A stretch of DNA of 64,000 nucleotides from Amoebidium appalachense (Eukaryota; Protista; Ichthyosporea), in contig CAVNZM010000009.1 in NCBI GenBank assembly GCA_963693365.1, forward strand, positions 3,102,231 to 3,166,230. The letters run 5' to 3'. Within the stretch, counting starts at the first letter, position 1. Every line of letters begins with the position of its first letter. Under the pieces are notes generated by a model. That model was not told where the DNA came from. It saw only the letters and a program-made list of their open reading frames with translations, and searched no databases. A program made the translations under genes and the position numbers. This document shows positions 50,830 to 64,000 of this stretch, piece after piece.

Positions 50830-51963
50830 CTATTCTTCCTCGTCATCATAATATCCTTCTCCATCTCCCTCATCACTCAAATCCGCGTTCTCCTCCTCCT
50901 CCCCTCCCTCCTCCATTTGCGTATCCCCTCCTTCATATGCCTCCCCCTCCCCCTCCCCGTCTCCTTCCCACTCCCCTTCCCCGTCTCCCTCTCCCTCTCC
51001 CTCTCCCTCATGCTCTTCATAAACCTCCCCCTCCCCCATCTCATACTCCTCCCCTTCCCCTTCAAGCACCCCCTCCTCCCCCTCCTCCATCCCCATCTCT
51101 CCCTCTCCCTCTCCCTCCCCGTACCCCTCTCCGTCCCCTCTCCCATCTTCGTATTCCTCCCCGCTATGTTCATGCTCATGCTCCCCTTCCACTTGGCCCC
51201 CATAATCCTCAGCTTCTTGGGTTGTGTCGACGAGCATATGTTGCGATGGCGAATCAGGGATGGGAGTTTCTCTTTGACTATCGTCTTCTTCCATGTTTCT
51301 GGCTGGCGGAACGATTGGGCCGGACTTTGTGGTGATGAGCTTGAGCCGGATTTTGCTCTTCTCTTTGGGGGTGGCGGCTGCATGGGAAAGACGATACTGT
51401 TAGCACGTGTAGCTGTGTTTCCTCATGCTTCAGTTTTATTATTTTTTTGTTTCTAGATTTGCAAGATGCGGCAAGAGTGTTCTTTTGTTGTTTTGTTTGC
51501 TTTTCCCCGTCGAAATGAAACGGGGAGGGGAGAGTGGAAGGGGGGTGGGGTGGGGGTGGGTGGGGGGGGTCGACAACTAGGGATGTGCATGCATACGTAT
51601 GTTTAGTGGATATGTTTGCATACACGTGCACATTGGGGATGTTGGTCCACACCCACACAGACTATTTTTTATGACACATCTACAGGCAGCTGTCCCCTGT
51701 GCCAGCACTTATCCATTCATTTCCAACACGAGTGACGGATGTATGCCACAGTGGATGTGTGTGTATGCATGTATGCATCTTTTTTTTACATGAAGGGGGG
51801 GGAGGGGGGGGAAGGGGGGATGGCAACGAGGGGGAAAGGGGGGGGGGGGGGGGGGGGGGAAGCATGTGTTATAGAGTGCAAAGTACACAACTGTAACGGA
51901 CAACATAATGCAAGGTTTACGACAGGTATGCACAATAAGCAGAGCCCTCGGAGAAGGGAGGGA

Positions 51964-51999
<36 letters not shown>

Positions 52000-52207
52000 A
52001 TGTTCCAGGGGCCATACATTTTGGCGCCTCCCTCCTGTGCATGGGGCATATGGTGTGTGCCATGCCAGCCTTAACCACCATGGTGCACTGCTCCCCAGCG
52101 TCTTCACTGTGGTGCGTGCAGTATACAAACCCACTGCTGGGGTCAAGCGGTGCATGTGGCTGTGTGTGTGTGTGTGTGTGTTGTGTGTGTTGTGTGTGTT
52201 GTGTGTG

Positions 52208-52255
<48 letters not shown>

Positions 52256-52534
52256 GTGTGCTTCGGAAATGGAGGGGGGGAGGGGGGGGGGGGGGTCAGT
52301 ACGCAAGCACGACAGGCAGACCTAGAAGCATACATGGAAATAACAACAACAACAGAAACTAAACATAAAACGACCTGTGCACAGTGCCTATGTTCGAAGC
52401 AGCTTCCATGCCTCTGCCCTTATAAAAAAAAATAAAAAAATAAAAAAAGGGGGGGGGGGGGGGGGGGGGGGGATTGGGCCCACAGGTGATCGAAGGGGTG
52501 TGTTCATGTGCAGGTGTACACGAGTCCGCAAATG

Positions 52535-52566
<32 letters not shown>

Positions 52567-52569
52567 TGT

Positions 52570-52642
<73 letters not shown>

Positions 52643-54853
52643 GCGTGTATTGTACATGTGTGTGTCTGCACGACTGTCTCCTTATGAAAGTGTGGCCGTG
52701 CCTACACGCGTAAACTGGTCAGCCGTTTATGCAAGTGCATGTATCTTCTCTGTTCTCTTACTCTTAAGTAGTGTGTGTGCATGCGCAAGTGTGTGGGGGC
52801 TTGTGAATTTGCAAGTGTCCCTGTGCATGTGTGTGGATATGTGCATGTACATGCACATTGCGTGTGTGCGCGCACATGTGTGTGCGCACACGCTCGTGAA
52901 TGTGTGTGCGAATGTGCATGTGTGTGCTTATGTGTGTTTATGTGTGTGCGTGCGTGAATGTGTGTTTATATGAGTGTTTGTGTGTGTGTGTGTGTGTGTC
53001 TGTGCTTGTGTGTGCACGTGCGTATGGCCGTGTGTGCTTGCTTGCAGCTTTCACCTACCCTGCAGTAAGCCAGCCCGTCCAGGGGTTTTCTCTTGCAGTT
53101 GTCTGGGCCCATGCATTTTGCAGGCGTAGCCTTCTTCTTGCTGCCCTTGGCTGGTGCCTGAATGCCACACATCAATGAGCACATCAACACACAGACATAT
53201 CTCCACACAAGAAAAATGGGCAAGATCGGTATATCCAAACCTAGCAGATACCCGTCAAGTAAAACAGGTATATTTCAGCAGGCATTCATACAATCGGCAC
53301 ATCCAATCGTTTGAGATATCTGCGCAAGTAAAACAGGCATATGTCAACAGGTACGCTCCACACAGGTTTATTCGATGACTACAACCATCAATCCACAAGG
53401 ATACGAGGATCCAGACAAAAGAACTAGATCTAAACACGAAACACGAGACACCCACGAGAAAAAATGCCTTCCTTTGCCTGTAGTCGGCAATCCGTGCAGT
53501 ATATGCGGATTCACAAAAATTCAACCTCTAGTGATGTGAGTTGCATTTGCAGTATTTTGTTTGCGCAAACGCACATCAAAACGTTTGTGACAGCACGAGC
53601 CCGCTGGAACCTTCTCCCACATAGCCCCCCTCCCCCCTCCTCGTCTCCTTGGCCTCTTACGTGCACGCACGCACACGCGCACAAAGACAGCCAGGAGAAA
53701 CACAAATTTGGTGAGGAGAGGGGGAAAGGGGGGGGGGGGAGGGGGGAGGAATCCGTCAGCCGTTCTTGACCACGAGGGTACCATACCTTTGCGGTCTCCT
53801 TCTTCTCCTCCTTCTCCTTTTTGGTCTTTTTGCTCCCCTTGGATGGCGGCTCGGCTGCCTTGGTGTGCTTGGCACTACCCTTGTCTTCAGACTGCAAGAA
53901 GAAAAAAAAAAAAAAAAAGAAAAAAGAAAAAGAGAGAAGAGAAGGAGCAGTGAGAAGATGTATTTGGTGGGTAGCTTAAAGGCTAATGGTTCGATACAGA
54001 CTACATACCCCGACAGACTACATAGATTAGCTGACTCCTGGGAAAAATATAATCTAAAATGACTTTACACTAACGTACTTCCACATTATGGAAGTATCCC
54101 AGGATGACGTCACAAGCAATAGCGATTTTGGCCGGCGGCGGCTAAATTTTGGTAGTCTGACAGCGTACATAGTCTATATTGAACCGTTGGTCCTCAAGTA
54201 ATAGGGAAAAATTCATGAAAATCTAATTGCATGAAAATCACTGTAAAATCGAGCATGCTTGCCTGCTTGCGCATTCAAAGCGCGTGACTGTATTAAAATA
54301 AAAATCCCGTCATTACAGGCACCCTATACACACTCAAATTAACATAAAACTGGGGAGTCGTCATCCTACATTAAAATATATAAAACTTACTCATTAACTT
54401 GTCTAATTGCGCTTCTCCCCTATCCTCCTTACAAAGTCCTTTCATCGAAGCCCAAGCTTCAATCGCCGCCCGTCGACATCTGCTTCCCCCCCCCCCCCCC
54501 CCCCCTCACCACCACCACCACCACCACCCACCCACCCACCCCCCCAAAAAAAGTGCCTATGTTTTATTCACTCGAATCACTGTGTGCACACATACCTTCT
54601 TTTTGCTTGGTGGTGGGGGAGGGAGCTGTTTCTTCTTGATGAGTGATGTGCTCTTTGCTTCAAGCAGGCTCATGTCCTCATCTGATTCGCTGCTGCTCGA
54701 TTCACTGCTGCCACCTGGGATATGTGGGCGACATTCAGGGATATCTAGGTTAGAATAGTGTAATACGAGCATGAAATTCAGAGGATATATACGTTCGAGG
54801 ACATGGGCACACATTTCGAGAAAATATACAGTGAACTATGGAGCGTGTGTGCT

Positions 54854-54934
<81 letters not shown>

Positions 54935-55351
54935 GTGTTATTTTGTGGGACGTGTATGTGAGGGGTATGAGGGTAAATGGCTATAGATTATGGAATGTGT
55001 TTGTGTCAAACCCGAGGACATGATAGGTGATATTTCTGGACATTTGTGAAAACTTGATGTGCAGGAAGGACAAGTAGAAGTATATCACGCCGGACAACAC
55101 AGAATAAATCTGACAACCAGGGGTGAACTGATACGAACACAAGAAAACCTTTGGGGTGTGGGCTTGTATGTGGTGGGATGATTAGGAGAACAAAACGGGG
55201 AAGGTCTTAAGGTAATGGGTCTATTGGTCAAAATGAATGAACCAGATTTTCGGGGCGTGCGACCGGGAACACACTTGTGACACAACTCGCGCAAACTTTG
55301 GAGGATGAGCTCGGGCTTAGGGAGAGGTTAAGAGCATTTCTTTTCTTTTGA

Positions 55352-55386
<35 letters not shown>

Positions 55387-55390
55387 ACTT

Positions 55391-55432
<42 letters not shown>

Positions 55433-55860
55433 CCAGAGCGCGTGGTGTGCGCGCGCGTGTGTGTGTTTGCGCGCGCGCGCGTGTGTGTGTGTGTGAGTGC
55501 ACATGCATGTATGTGTGTGTGTCTGTGTGTGTGAGTGTGTATATGCGTGCGTGGTTGCGTGTGTGTGCGCGTGTGCATGTGTGTGTGTTGGGAGTGGGCA
55601 AACGAGGGGGGGGGGGGGGGGGGGGGAGGGGGAAGGGGAGGGGGGGGGGGGGGGGGGGGAGGGGGGGAGGGAGGGGGAGGTGTTGACTCTATACCTGAAG
55701 TTGTGGATTCCACATCTTCGTATCGCAGCAGTCGGTCAAGAACAAATCTGAAACACAGCACCCTCTATAAGGCCACAGCAATATACAGCCTTGATCCAAT
55801 TCAAGGAGCTATTACAATTTCATTTCTCTTGCTTCTTTTATTTCTTTCATGTGCTCCATT

Positions 55861-55891
<31 letters not shown>

Positions 55892-56578
55892 TCCCTGCCC
55901 AGCCGCCGCCACCCCTCTCTGCACACACACACACACACCACACACCAACACTACCACCGGCACATCGCCATTATGTATTGTCAATGGTGTGTGTGTGCGT
56001 GCGTGCATGCGTGCGCGCGCGCGCGGGCACGCTCGTGTGCATTTGCTGTATGTGTGTGTGTGTGTGTGTGTGCACGCAGGTGCCCTCGTGCGGGATTGTG
56101 TGTGTGTAGCACATGCGCAGGCATGTGTATGTGCACGTGTGTTCGTGTGTGTATATGTGTATGTGCACGTGTGTTCGTGTGTGTATATGTGTATGTGCAC
56201 GTGTGTTCGTGTGTGTATGTGTATGTGCACGTGTGCGCCCGCGTGCGGGAGTGTGTATGTAGCGGGTGTACCGGAAGTGTGTGTGCATGTGCGTGTGCTC
56301 GAGTGCTTGTGTGTTCATCTGTGTGTGTGCTTATGTGCTCTTTTTTCTTTCCCTTTGGCAGAGAGGGGGTAAGGGGGGGGGGGGGGGGGGGGGAAGGGGG
56401 GGAGGGGGGGGGGGGGAGGAGGGTTTGGAGCTAGTGGTGGGTCTGTGCATGTTTGTGGATTTTTTTTCGTTTTTTTTTTTCCGCCTGTTTTTTGTTTTGT
56501 TTTTTGGTCTATTTTTTTTTTTTGGTTTGTTTGCTTGTTTTTTCTTGTGGTGGTGGTGGTGGTTGGGGTAGCAGGGCG

Positions 56579-56622
<44 letters not shown>

Positions 56623-57955
56623 TCACTCTTTTTCTCGGGTGAGTTTCAATGCCTTTCGTCTCAGCAATCGCAAGTCATCTGCCAATATTTCTTGCTCCTG
56701 AAAAGGGAAAAAACGGTAACAATCAGCACCCTCGTGCATGCTGTCCCCCCCCCCCCCCCCCCCCCCCCGGCGCCCTTTTTTGGCTGCTTAACACATTACC
56801 ACTGCCCGAGCAATGAACTTTCGAAATTACAACTTTTCTTTCCTTCTTAAGGTGTTTGATTTTTGCTGATACAAAACAAGAGAGAGCAAAAAGCCAGGTG
56901 TGTAACGCTCTTTCTCTTCAAACACCCACCCTCCCCGTCTTGCTCGCTCCCCCACCCTCCTCCCCCCCCGTGCCCCCCTTCCTCGGTTCCCCTCCTCTCC
57001 CCTCCCCCTTCCCCTCTGCCCTGTCCAATGTATTCCAACCACTACCCCCTCCCCCCCCCCCCCCCCCCCTCCCCCGCCCCTTTCCAAACACCACCACCCA
57101 CACAAGTGCCTCTCCCCTCCCCCCTCCCCCCTCCCTCGCTCCCTCCCTCCCTCCCATATCTTCCATCTCCACACCCACATCAAATACTCTCGACAGCCCA
57201 ACAAACAACCCCTACACCCCTCCATTTCACTCCTGTCGTCACATAGTCAACCCATCTTTTCTCTTCAACTCTAATCCCTCCCCCCCCCCCCCCCCCCCCC
57301 CCCCCACCCCGCCAAACTCAGACTTTAATGCACTTATCATTCACGTATCAACATTCATTCCACTTACATATAGGAGATATTTCAATTTTCGCTTCAGCAA
57401 TTTGTATTTCTTCTCCGACCCGACTGTGTGCACAAACCCACCGTGGTCAGAGCCTGCATCCGGCAAACATCTTTCTCTCTCTTTCTCTCTCTCCCCTCCC
57501 CCTCCCCCTCTCTCCCTCTCTCTTCCCTCCCCCCCAACCCCCTCCCTTCTCCTCCCCCCCCTCCCCCTTTCTCTCTCTCTCTCTTTCCCCCTCCCTCCCT
57601 CATTCCCCCCCCCCCCCACCTCCCTCCCTCTCCCTGTCCCCGTCCCTCTCCTTCTCTCTCTCTCTCTCTCTCTCGCCCTTTCCCCCCATGCACTCACAGA
57701 CAAGTCCTGTCCGTTGCATTCTCTTACTCCCCCTGCACCCCCACACCACCCGCCCAACGACGCAACCACATACACATTTTCACTAATCCACTCCACTTTT
57801 ACCACGTAGCACACTTCCACAAACCCTCCTCGCACCTCCCCCCGTCCCCTTTTCCCCCCCCCCTCCCCCCCCCCCCTCCCTCCTCCCCTCTCCCCCCCTC
57901 CTCCTCCTCCCTCCCCCCCCTCCCCCCCCCCCCCCCCCCCCCCCTCCCCCCACCC

Positions 57956-58042
<87 letters not shown>

Positions 58043-58484
58043 TATTATGAACAGCACATACAAATTCATAAAAAATACATAACAAGACAAGACCCAACAT
58101 ACCCCACTCCCCTCCCTCCCCACCTCCCCCGCCAACCCCCCCCCCCCACCACCACCACACACACACCCCCCACCTCCCACCCACACCTCCTACACACACG
58201 CGCAAGCCACCATCATTGACACAACCCCCTACCGACTCTACCACCCATATGGTACAAAACAACAAATTCTAAACGCTCACTGACCCCAACCCAACCCCCC
58301 TTCCACACAGGCGAATTCAGAAAATGCAGAAATATTCATGCTTCCATACACAGATATCCTGGCTTTTCAATCGGGATACCATCGCACATTGGAGGAAGAA
58401 CGACTTCGAGAGATTTAACGTTCACATTCTTTTCACCGAGCACTTCACTCCCCAGCCACTCCCTTTGTATTACCCCCCCCCCCC

Positions 58485-58515
<31 letters not shown>

Positions 58516-59073
58516 ACCCTCCCCCCCCCCACCCCCCGGGCCCTCATTAGCTCTCTTTACATCCCCGCTCACCAAACGCATCTGCACAACAAACTCAAGT
58601 AACGCCTACCTGTATTTGGCCCTTCCTCCTGCCACCTCCCCCACTTTTGTGGGTCCGGCATCCTGTTTCACACCCCGTGAGTACATTTCGTCCCGTGTGC
58701 AAAGTATGGAAAAAAAGGTTATATGCATAATGATGGTGTGGTGGTGGTGGTGAGGGGGGGCCGGGCGGGCGAATAGGGGGAGAGGGAATAGGGAGGGGGG
58801 GGGGGGGGGGGGGGGGGGGTTGGAACATATGGATAACCAGTGATCAGGCAGCGAATAGAGTGCCATAGGGAAGGTAGTGGAGAACTAGTAAGAATGCCTA
58901 GCAGAGCCAAGATAAGGAGTAGAAAGGCAGTTTTTAGACTGCACACAAGCGGATCGGCATGCAAGCATACAGAGACAAAGCCAAAGAGAAAGAGCGGAAA
59001 AGGTCAAGGATCGAGAATGGGGGTGGGGGGAGATGGATGAAGGGACGGAGGGAGGGAGGGGGGAGGAGGAGAT

Positions 59074-59128
<55 letters not shown>

Positions 59129-59598
59129 GGACAAGAAGGGGCTGCAACGAGACATGCTCACTCCCACATGCATGCAGAGGGGGAGGAGGGCGAGGGGAGC
59201 AGTGGGGAAGGGCAAGGAGGTGGTGCAGCACACAGACACAAAGACTCACTTCCAAGTGTGTGAGGGGAGGGGGAAGGTGGGGTGAGAGAGGGAAATGCGG
59301 GAGATGGAGAGAGCGAAACGTGTATGGTGGCTATTGTTGTCACCTTCATTATCTAAACAGAAAAAAGTGAGATATTATCGAATATGAGGGATAAAACAGG
59401 GTGGGTAAAGCGGTGAGCGGGGGGGAGCATGTAATGATGTAGTGAGGGGAAAAGTGTGCCTTGACTGGGCAAGTGTTTCTAATCATTTGTGAAATGTTAT
59501 ATGTGGCCACTTACGCGAATGGTGCCGTGTATGAAGAGTGGGAAGCCGTCACAGGGACACACAAGACAGCTAAATGGGAGGAGGAAGGGGAGGGGAAA

Positions 59599-59633
<35 letters not shown>

Positions 59634-59731
59634 GGGGGGAGGGGGGGGGGGGGGGAGGGGGGGGGGGGGTCTTACTTTGTCTGCTCCTGCTCGCCTCCCC
59701 CAGGCTTTGCCGACTCTGGTCTGCTAGACAT
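50830..59731 (-). CDS. INO80E/CCDC95-like coiled coil fused to a zf-C3Hc3H domain (INO80D/KANSL2 type), with an acidic tail
   Basis: Spliced: ..SEKKYKLLKRKLKYLLY|EQEILADDLRLLRRKALKLTREK|EFVLDRLLRYEDVESTTS|GGSSESSSSESDED..|..|KCMGPDNCKRKPLDGLAYCR|PHAPLDPSSGFVYCTHHSEDAGEQCTMVVKAGMAHTICPMH..|..E/G-rich tail. The first exon (MSSRPESAK.., 59731) is tentative. Confidence 0.78.
53980..54193. mobile_element. Degraded ~214-bp inverted-repeat element (possible Kolobok-type MITE) in an intron
   Basis: Imperfect ~50-bp TIRs (AGGCTAATGGTTCGATACAGACTAC vs reverse complement GGACCAACGGTTCAATATAGACTAT). Flanked by TTAA and TCAA. Confidence 0.45.
56125..56234. repeat. 30-bp tandem repeat (GTGTATGTGCACGTGTGTTCGTGTGTRTAT), about 3.5 units
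   Basis: Direct observation. Confidence 0.75.
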
Positions 59732-60378
59732 TTTCCTATGTTTGTTAAAAACCTTCCTCTTTTTCACCCGTATTACAAGCTATTCCCCCAACCCTTGCTA
59801 CCGTGCTTACACTTTGTACCTATTTAGCGTTAAAGCATGTGGCCATCACCACTGTATAATTTGACTGAGGTTGTCTTATGTTTTACCTATGATGATAACC
59901 GTTTGAGTTACAGTAGCTTTGCCTGCTAGTCAAAGAGTTTAAAATGGCAACTATTTGCAAACTTCTTCTGAACTTTTAGCAGTGTTGGTACAACTACAGC
60001 ATTACAGCATAAAAGCACTACGGCTGGAGTTGTGAAGTTGGGTTTTTTTTGCCCCTCACAGCCAGAAAGGATGCCCAAAAAGCGCGCGGTTTCTGTTGGA
60101 CTGCTACCAATATATTTGCTTGGCTTTTTGAGTTTTAAAACAGTTGGTTGTTTAACAAATATACTTTGAATGTTTTTAAACGCTACATTAGTATAGCTTT
60201 AAATATTAGCCATATAGATTTTTGACTTTATGTTATACTTCGCTGAGTAACAGCTGGGCCGGGCATGTCTTCTCCCTGACCAGCCTATAAGCTGTAGTTA
60301 CACTCATCTTCACAACTTTGGACATATTGTCAATTGCCAACAGAAAATTCTTATTTTTCAGGCCAACCATTAGACATT

Positions 60379-60852
60379 ATGGCGGAGCTTAGCGTTAGCA
60401 CGCCCGAGTGGAGGCGACTAGCAGCCAGCTTCGTTGCCGTTGCTGGTGAAAGGACAAAGTGCCACCTGTGTGAACTCAAGGAGAGAAGAAAGTAGGTGAT
60501 ATATGGCTTTCTTGTGTGCTAATCTCCTCAATACTACCCCCCTCCTTCTCTCTCCCCCCCCCGCCCACCCACCACTCCCCCACCCCCCTCTCCCCCGCTC
60601 TCTCCTCGTTCTCTGCCCCCTTATGCGCTCTCTCCCTCTCTCGCTCTCCCTCTCTCACTCTCCCTCTCTCGCGCGCTTCCCTCCCCCTCCCCCTCTTTCT
60701 CCCTGTCTCTATCGCTCTCTCTGTCTCTCTCGCCCTCCCTCTCCCCTGCCCCCCCTTCTCTGTCTCTCTCTCCTCTTCCCTCTCTGCCTCTCTCTCTCTC
60801 TCTCACCTTCCCTCCCTCTCCCTCTCCTTCTCTCTCTCTCTCCCTTTCTCCC

Positions 60853-60886
<34 letters not shown>

Positions 60887-61786
60887 TCCCCCCCCCCCCC
60901 CCCCCCCTTCTTACCCTTCCTCGCCCCCTACCTTTCCCTCTCCCTCTCTCCCCAACCCCCCCCCCCCTCCCCCCCCCCCGCGCCTGCGTTTTCCTGATCC
61001 CCCCTTGCTCCCTCCCTCTCTCTCCCCCTCCCCCTCTATCCCTCCCCCTTTCGTCCCTCCCTCCCTCCCCCTCCTTCCCCCCCCCCCCCCCCCCCCCCCC
61101 CTCCCTCCCTCCCTCCCTCTCCCCTCCCCCCCTCCCCGCCTGCCCCCGTCCCCCCCCCCCCCCCCCCCCCCCCTTCTTTCTCTCTCTCTTTTTCTTCTCT
61201 CTCTGCCGGGCCCCCCCGATTTCGGAATATTGTATCATATCCTAGAACTCTTTTATCGTTTTTCTGCTTCCCACATGCTCTTCCTTTCCTCCTTGACCCT
61301 GCCCCTTCCTCCTCCCCCTTTCTCCGTTTCATCTATCTCCCTTGAGTGCTAACCTCCCTCTCTTTTTCCTCTTTTTCTCTTCCAATATAAGCCGTCGTCT
61401 CCGTCCTTGTCAATCACTCTCTGTCCTTTTCCTCCCTCCTCCTCCTCCCCCTCCTCTCCCGGTCCCTTTGCACACCAGGACACACACAAACACATACATA
61501 CATACACACACACACACACACCACTTAAGAATCCTGTGTTCACACATCTTTTTTTTTTTTTGCCAGGCGGGGAGGTGAGGAACGGCGAAGGGCAGCGGTT
61601 AAGAAACCGTCGCTTAGGCACGGCCCGGCACCACAGGAAGAAGAAGACGGTGAATTGGTATGTCTGTTTTTCAGTTTGTTGACTGACTTTGTTTTTGTTT
61701 TTTTTGTTTTATGTCTGGTGATTTTTTCAGTGAGTCGAGCTGCATGTTGTCCCTTGTGTTGTTTGCCTGGGGAAAAGGGAAGGTGT

Positions 61787-61838
<52 letters not shown>

Positions 61839-62353
61839 GAGGGAGAGAGGGGGGTAGAGGCCGGGTTGGTTTTTTAAAGAGGGTTTAGGGGTAGAACTGA
61901 TAGAACAATTTCGGGGTATTCAAGAACAGTATGGCTCGTGGTATTGGGTCTGTAGCCGCTAAAGGGGGTTTCTTTTAGGCCGAATTTATTGGCTTTTCCA
62001 AGTTAATCAGGTGCGCATCACAGCAATCACATAGCCAAATCAAATCGTTGAGATCTGACCCGACCCGTAAACCTAAGGGAAACCCCCCTAACACCCTAAT
62101 CCGGCCTAGTTTCCCCTCCTCTATCCTGGCATACCGCATGTGCTTCATATGAATGGAAACATGGCTTTGTCTTCTTCTACTGTCTCGTTTCCATCATTTT
62201 TACGTTCCCCCACTGTTCCCTTTTGTCCCTCCTTAGCTCTGTATGTGTGGGTGTCTGGACGTGTGTGTGTGTGTGCGTACGTGCGTGCCTGTGTGTGCGT
62301 GTGTGCGTGTGTGCGTGTGTGCGTGTGTGCGTGTGTGCGTGTGTGCGTGCCGT

Positions 62354-62418
<65 letters not shown>

Positions 62419-62998
62419 AGAAAAAAATCCTCATTCTCCCTGCCCCTTCTTTGACGGTTAACTAACGGAAGGGAAAGACCGGATAGGAAAACAATAAAGT
62501 AAAGGGTAGTCGGTGGTATTTCCAACCATCATGATTCATATATACACATTTTTTAAGTGTGTGCCTCTGCATCTGCCTGCCTGCCTGCTCATCCCTCCCG
62601 TCTCCCCGTCCCCCCCCTCCCGCTCCCCGTCCCCCCCTCCCGCTCCCCCTCTCCCTCTCCCTCTCCCCTCCCCCTCCCCCCTCCCTTCCCTCCCCCCTCC
62701 CTTCCCTCCCCCCTCCCATATTCTATCAATACAGGAAAAAAAGGAAGGCAAGCCGAAGGGAACGAAAACAAAAGGAAGGAGTAATACAAATTGGAGGTGT
62801 AACCAATCTTCTTGTTTCGAATTCACAGAATGATGAGAAGTTCACATCAGCCCTAACCGACACCATAGCCAAGATTGTGTCTCCGTTGTTGGATTCACAA
62901 CACCCAAAGGCAGACACGCCAAAAATAGAACCAGGTACATAACCCCCCCCCCCCCCTTCCCCTCCCTCGCCCTTTCCTCTTCAATATGCACACATGGG

Positions 62999-63064
<66 letters not shown>

Positions 63065-63180
63065 CACGCGCACGCACACGTGTTTTTTCTCTGTTTGTTG
63101 TCTTCTTTTGTTCTTTTTTTTCCGGTCTTCTTTCTCGTTCTTTAAGCTCTCCCCCCCCCCCCCCCCCTTTTTTTGGGGTG

Positions 63181-63250
<70 letters not shown>

Positions 63251-63701
63251 ATGCTTGTGAACGTGTCTGGACATGTGCTTTCGTTTTTTTTTGTTTTTTT
63301 TTCGTTGGGGGGGGGGGGGGGGGGGGGGGGTTGTGTGTGTGTGGGGGGGGGGGGGGGAGGGGGGAAAGAGAGTAGTTAGCTGACCCTGTTACCCTGTGCA
63401 GAATGGGATCAACCACACACTGACAGCTTAGATGACGGTAAGTCGCCCCCCCCCCCCTCCCCCCCCCCCCCCCCCCCTCTCCCCCCGTTTATGTCTCTAC
63501 CACTACCACTTAGTCCTAATGCAAAGAAAACAACACAAATGCATCAGTTTGTCTTTGTGCGGCAGAAGGTGTCCCGGGGTGGGGGAGGGGGGAGGGGATC
63601 ACGCCAACGTCTAGAGGCCAACTTTTAGAGACATTCTATTATGACGAACTGTTCGGTAACTTGTGTGCGCGCATCCACATGTATATGAACACACACACAC
63701 A

Positions 63702-63760
<59 letters not shown>

Positions 63761-63911
63761 GCCTTCGTAACCTCTATTTCATTTCACCCAATTCACCTTT
63801 TCCTTGCACAGGGGGAATACTCCTACTGCGCAATTCTGTCAGCTGTTTGGAGGCGAGAGATGCAGACCCGCCGGTAGCCCCAACAAAGCAACCCACAGAA
63901 TACACAGAGGG
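60379..63911 (+). CDS. CUSTOS (C12orf43)-like protein, 5' part; continues beyond window
   Basis: Spliced: MAELSVSTPEWRRLAASFV..|..KKPSLRHGPAPQEEEDGEL|..NDEKFTSALTDTIAKIVSPLLDS..|EWDQPHTDSLDD|GGILLL.. This resembles the remembered CUSTOS motifs PSLRH..GNEL, AKKL..LLDS and DDGFRLF. Confidence 0.55.
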
Positions 63912-63946
63912 GTAGGTGCCTGTGGCCGTATATACGTGTGTGTGGT

Positions 63947-63988
<42 letters not shown>

Positions 63989-64000
63989 GGGGGGTGTTGG

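Noticed and set aside
58310-58427. Exon-like plus-strand segment (ANSENAEIFMLPY..) inside the INO80E-like intron
   Set aside because: No upstream partner exon or recognisable homology.

Overview
This is eukaryotic, intron-rich genomic DNA with GT-AG introns full of poly-G/poly-C, (CA)n and (GA)n tracts. Most ORFs in the supplied track are microsatellite artefacts. Gene content (syntenin-like, CUSTOS-like, INO80E-like) suggests a unicellular holozoan, but this is inference only. Gene models spliced by hand, left to right: (1) a 12-exon class II (B12-dependent) ribonucleotide reductase; (2) an orphan type II membrane protein; (3) a 4.4-kb Ginger-like DNA transposon with long TIRs, inserted in a poly-C run; (4) a head-to-head pair of intronless, bacterial Bsr-type racemase genes that carry a signal peptide and N-glycosylation sequons but stop at the end of the PLP barrel; (5) PIF/Harbinger-type MITEs; (6) a syntenin-like tandem-PDZ gene; (7) a three-copy tandem array of coiled-coil/BTB/putative beta-propeller genes whose middle copy is a chimeric pseudogene; (8) a probable P-element excision footprint; (9) an INO80E-like coiled coil fused to a C3HC3H zinc finger; (10) the 5' part of a CUSTOS-like gene. 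The best novelty candidate is the secreted, barrel-only racemase derivative. All family assignments come from remembered motifs, not database searches.
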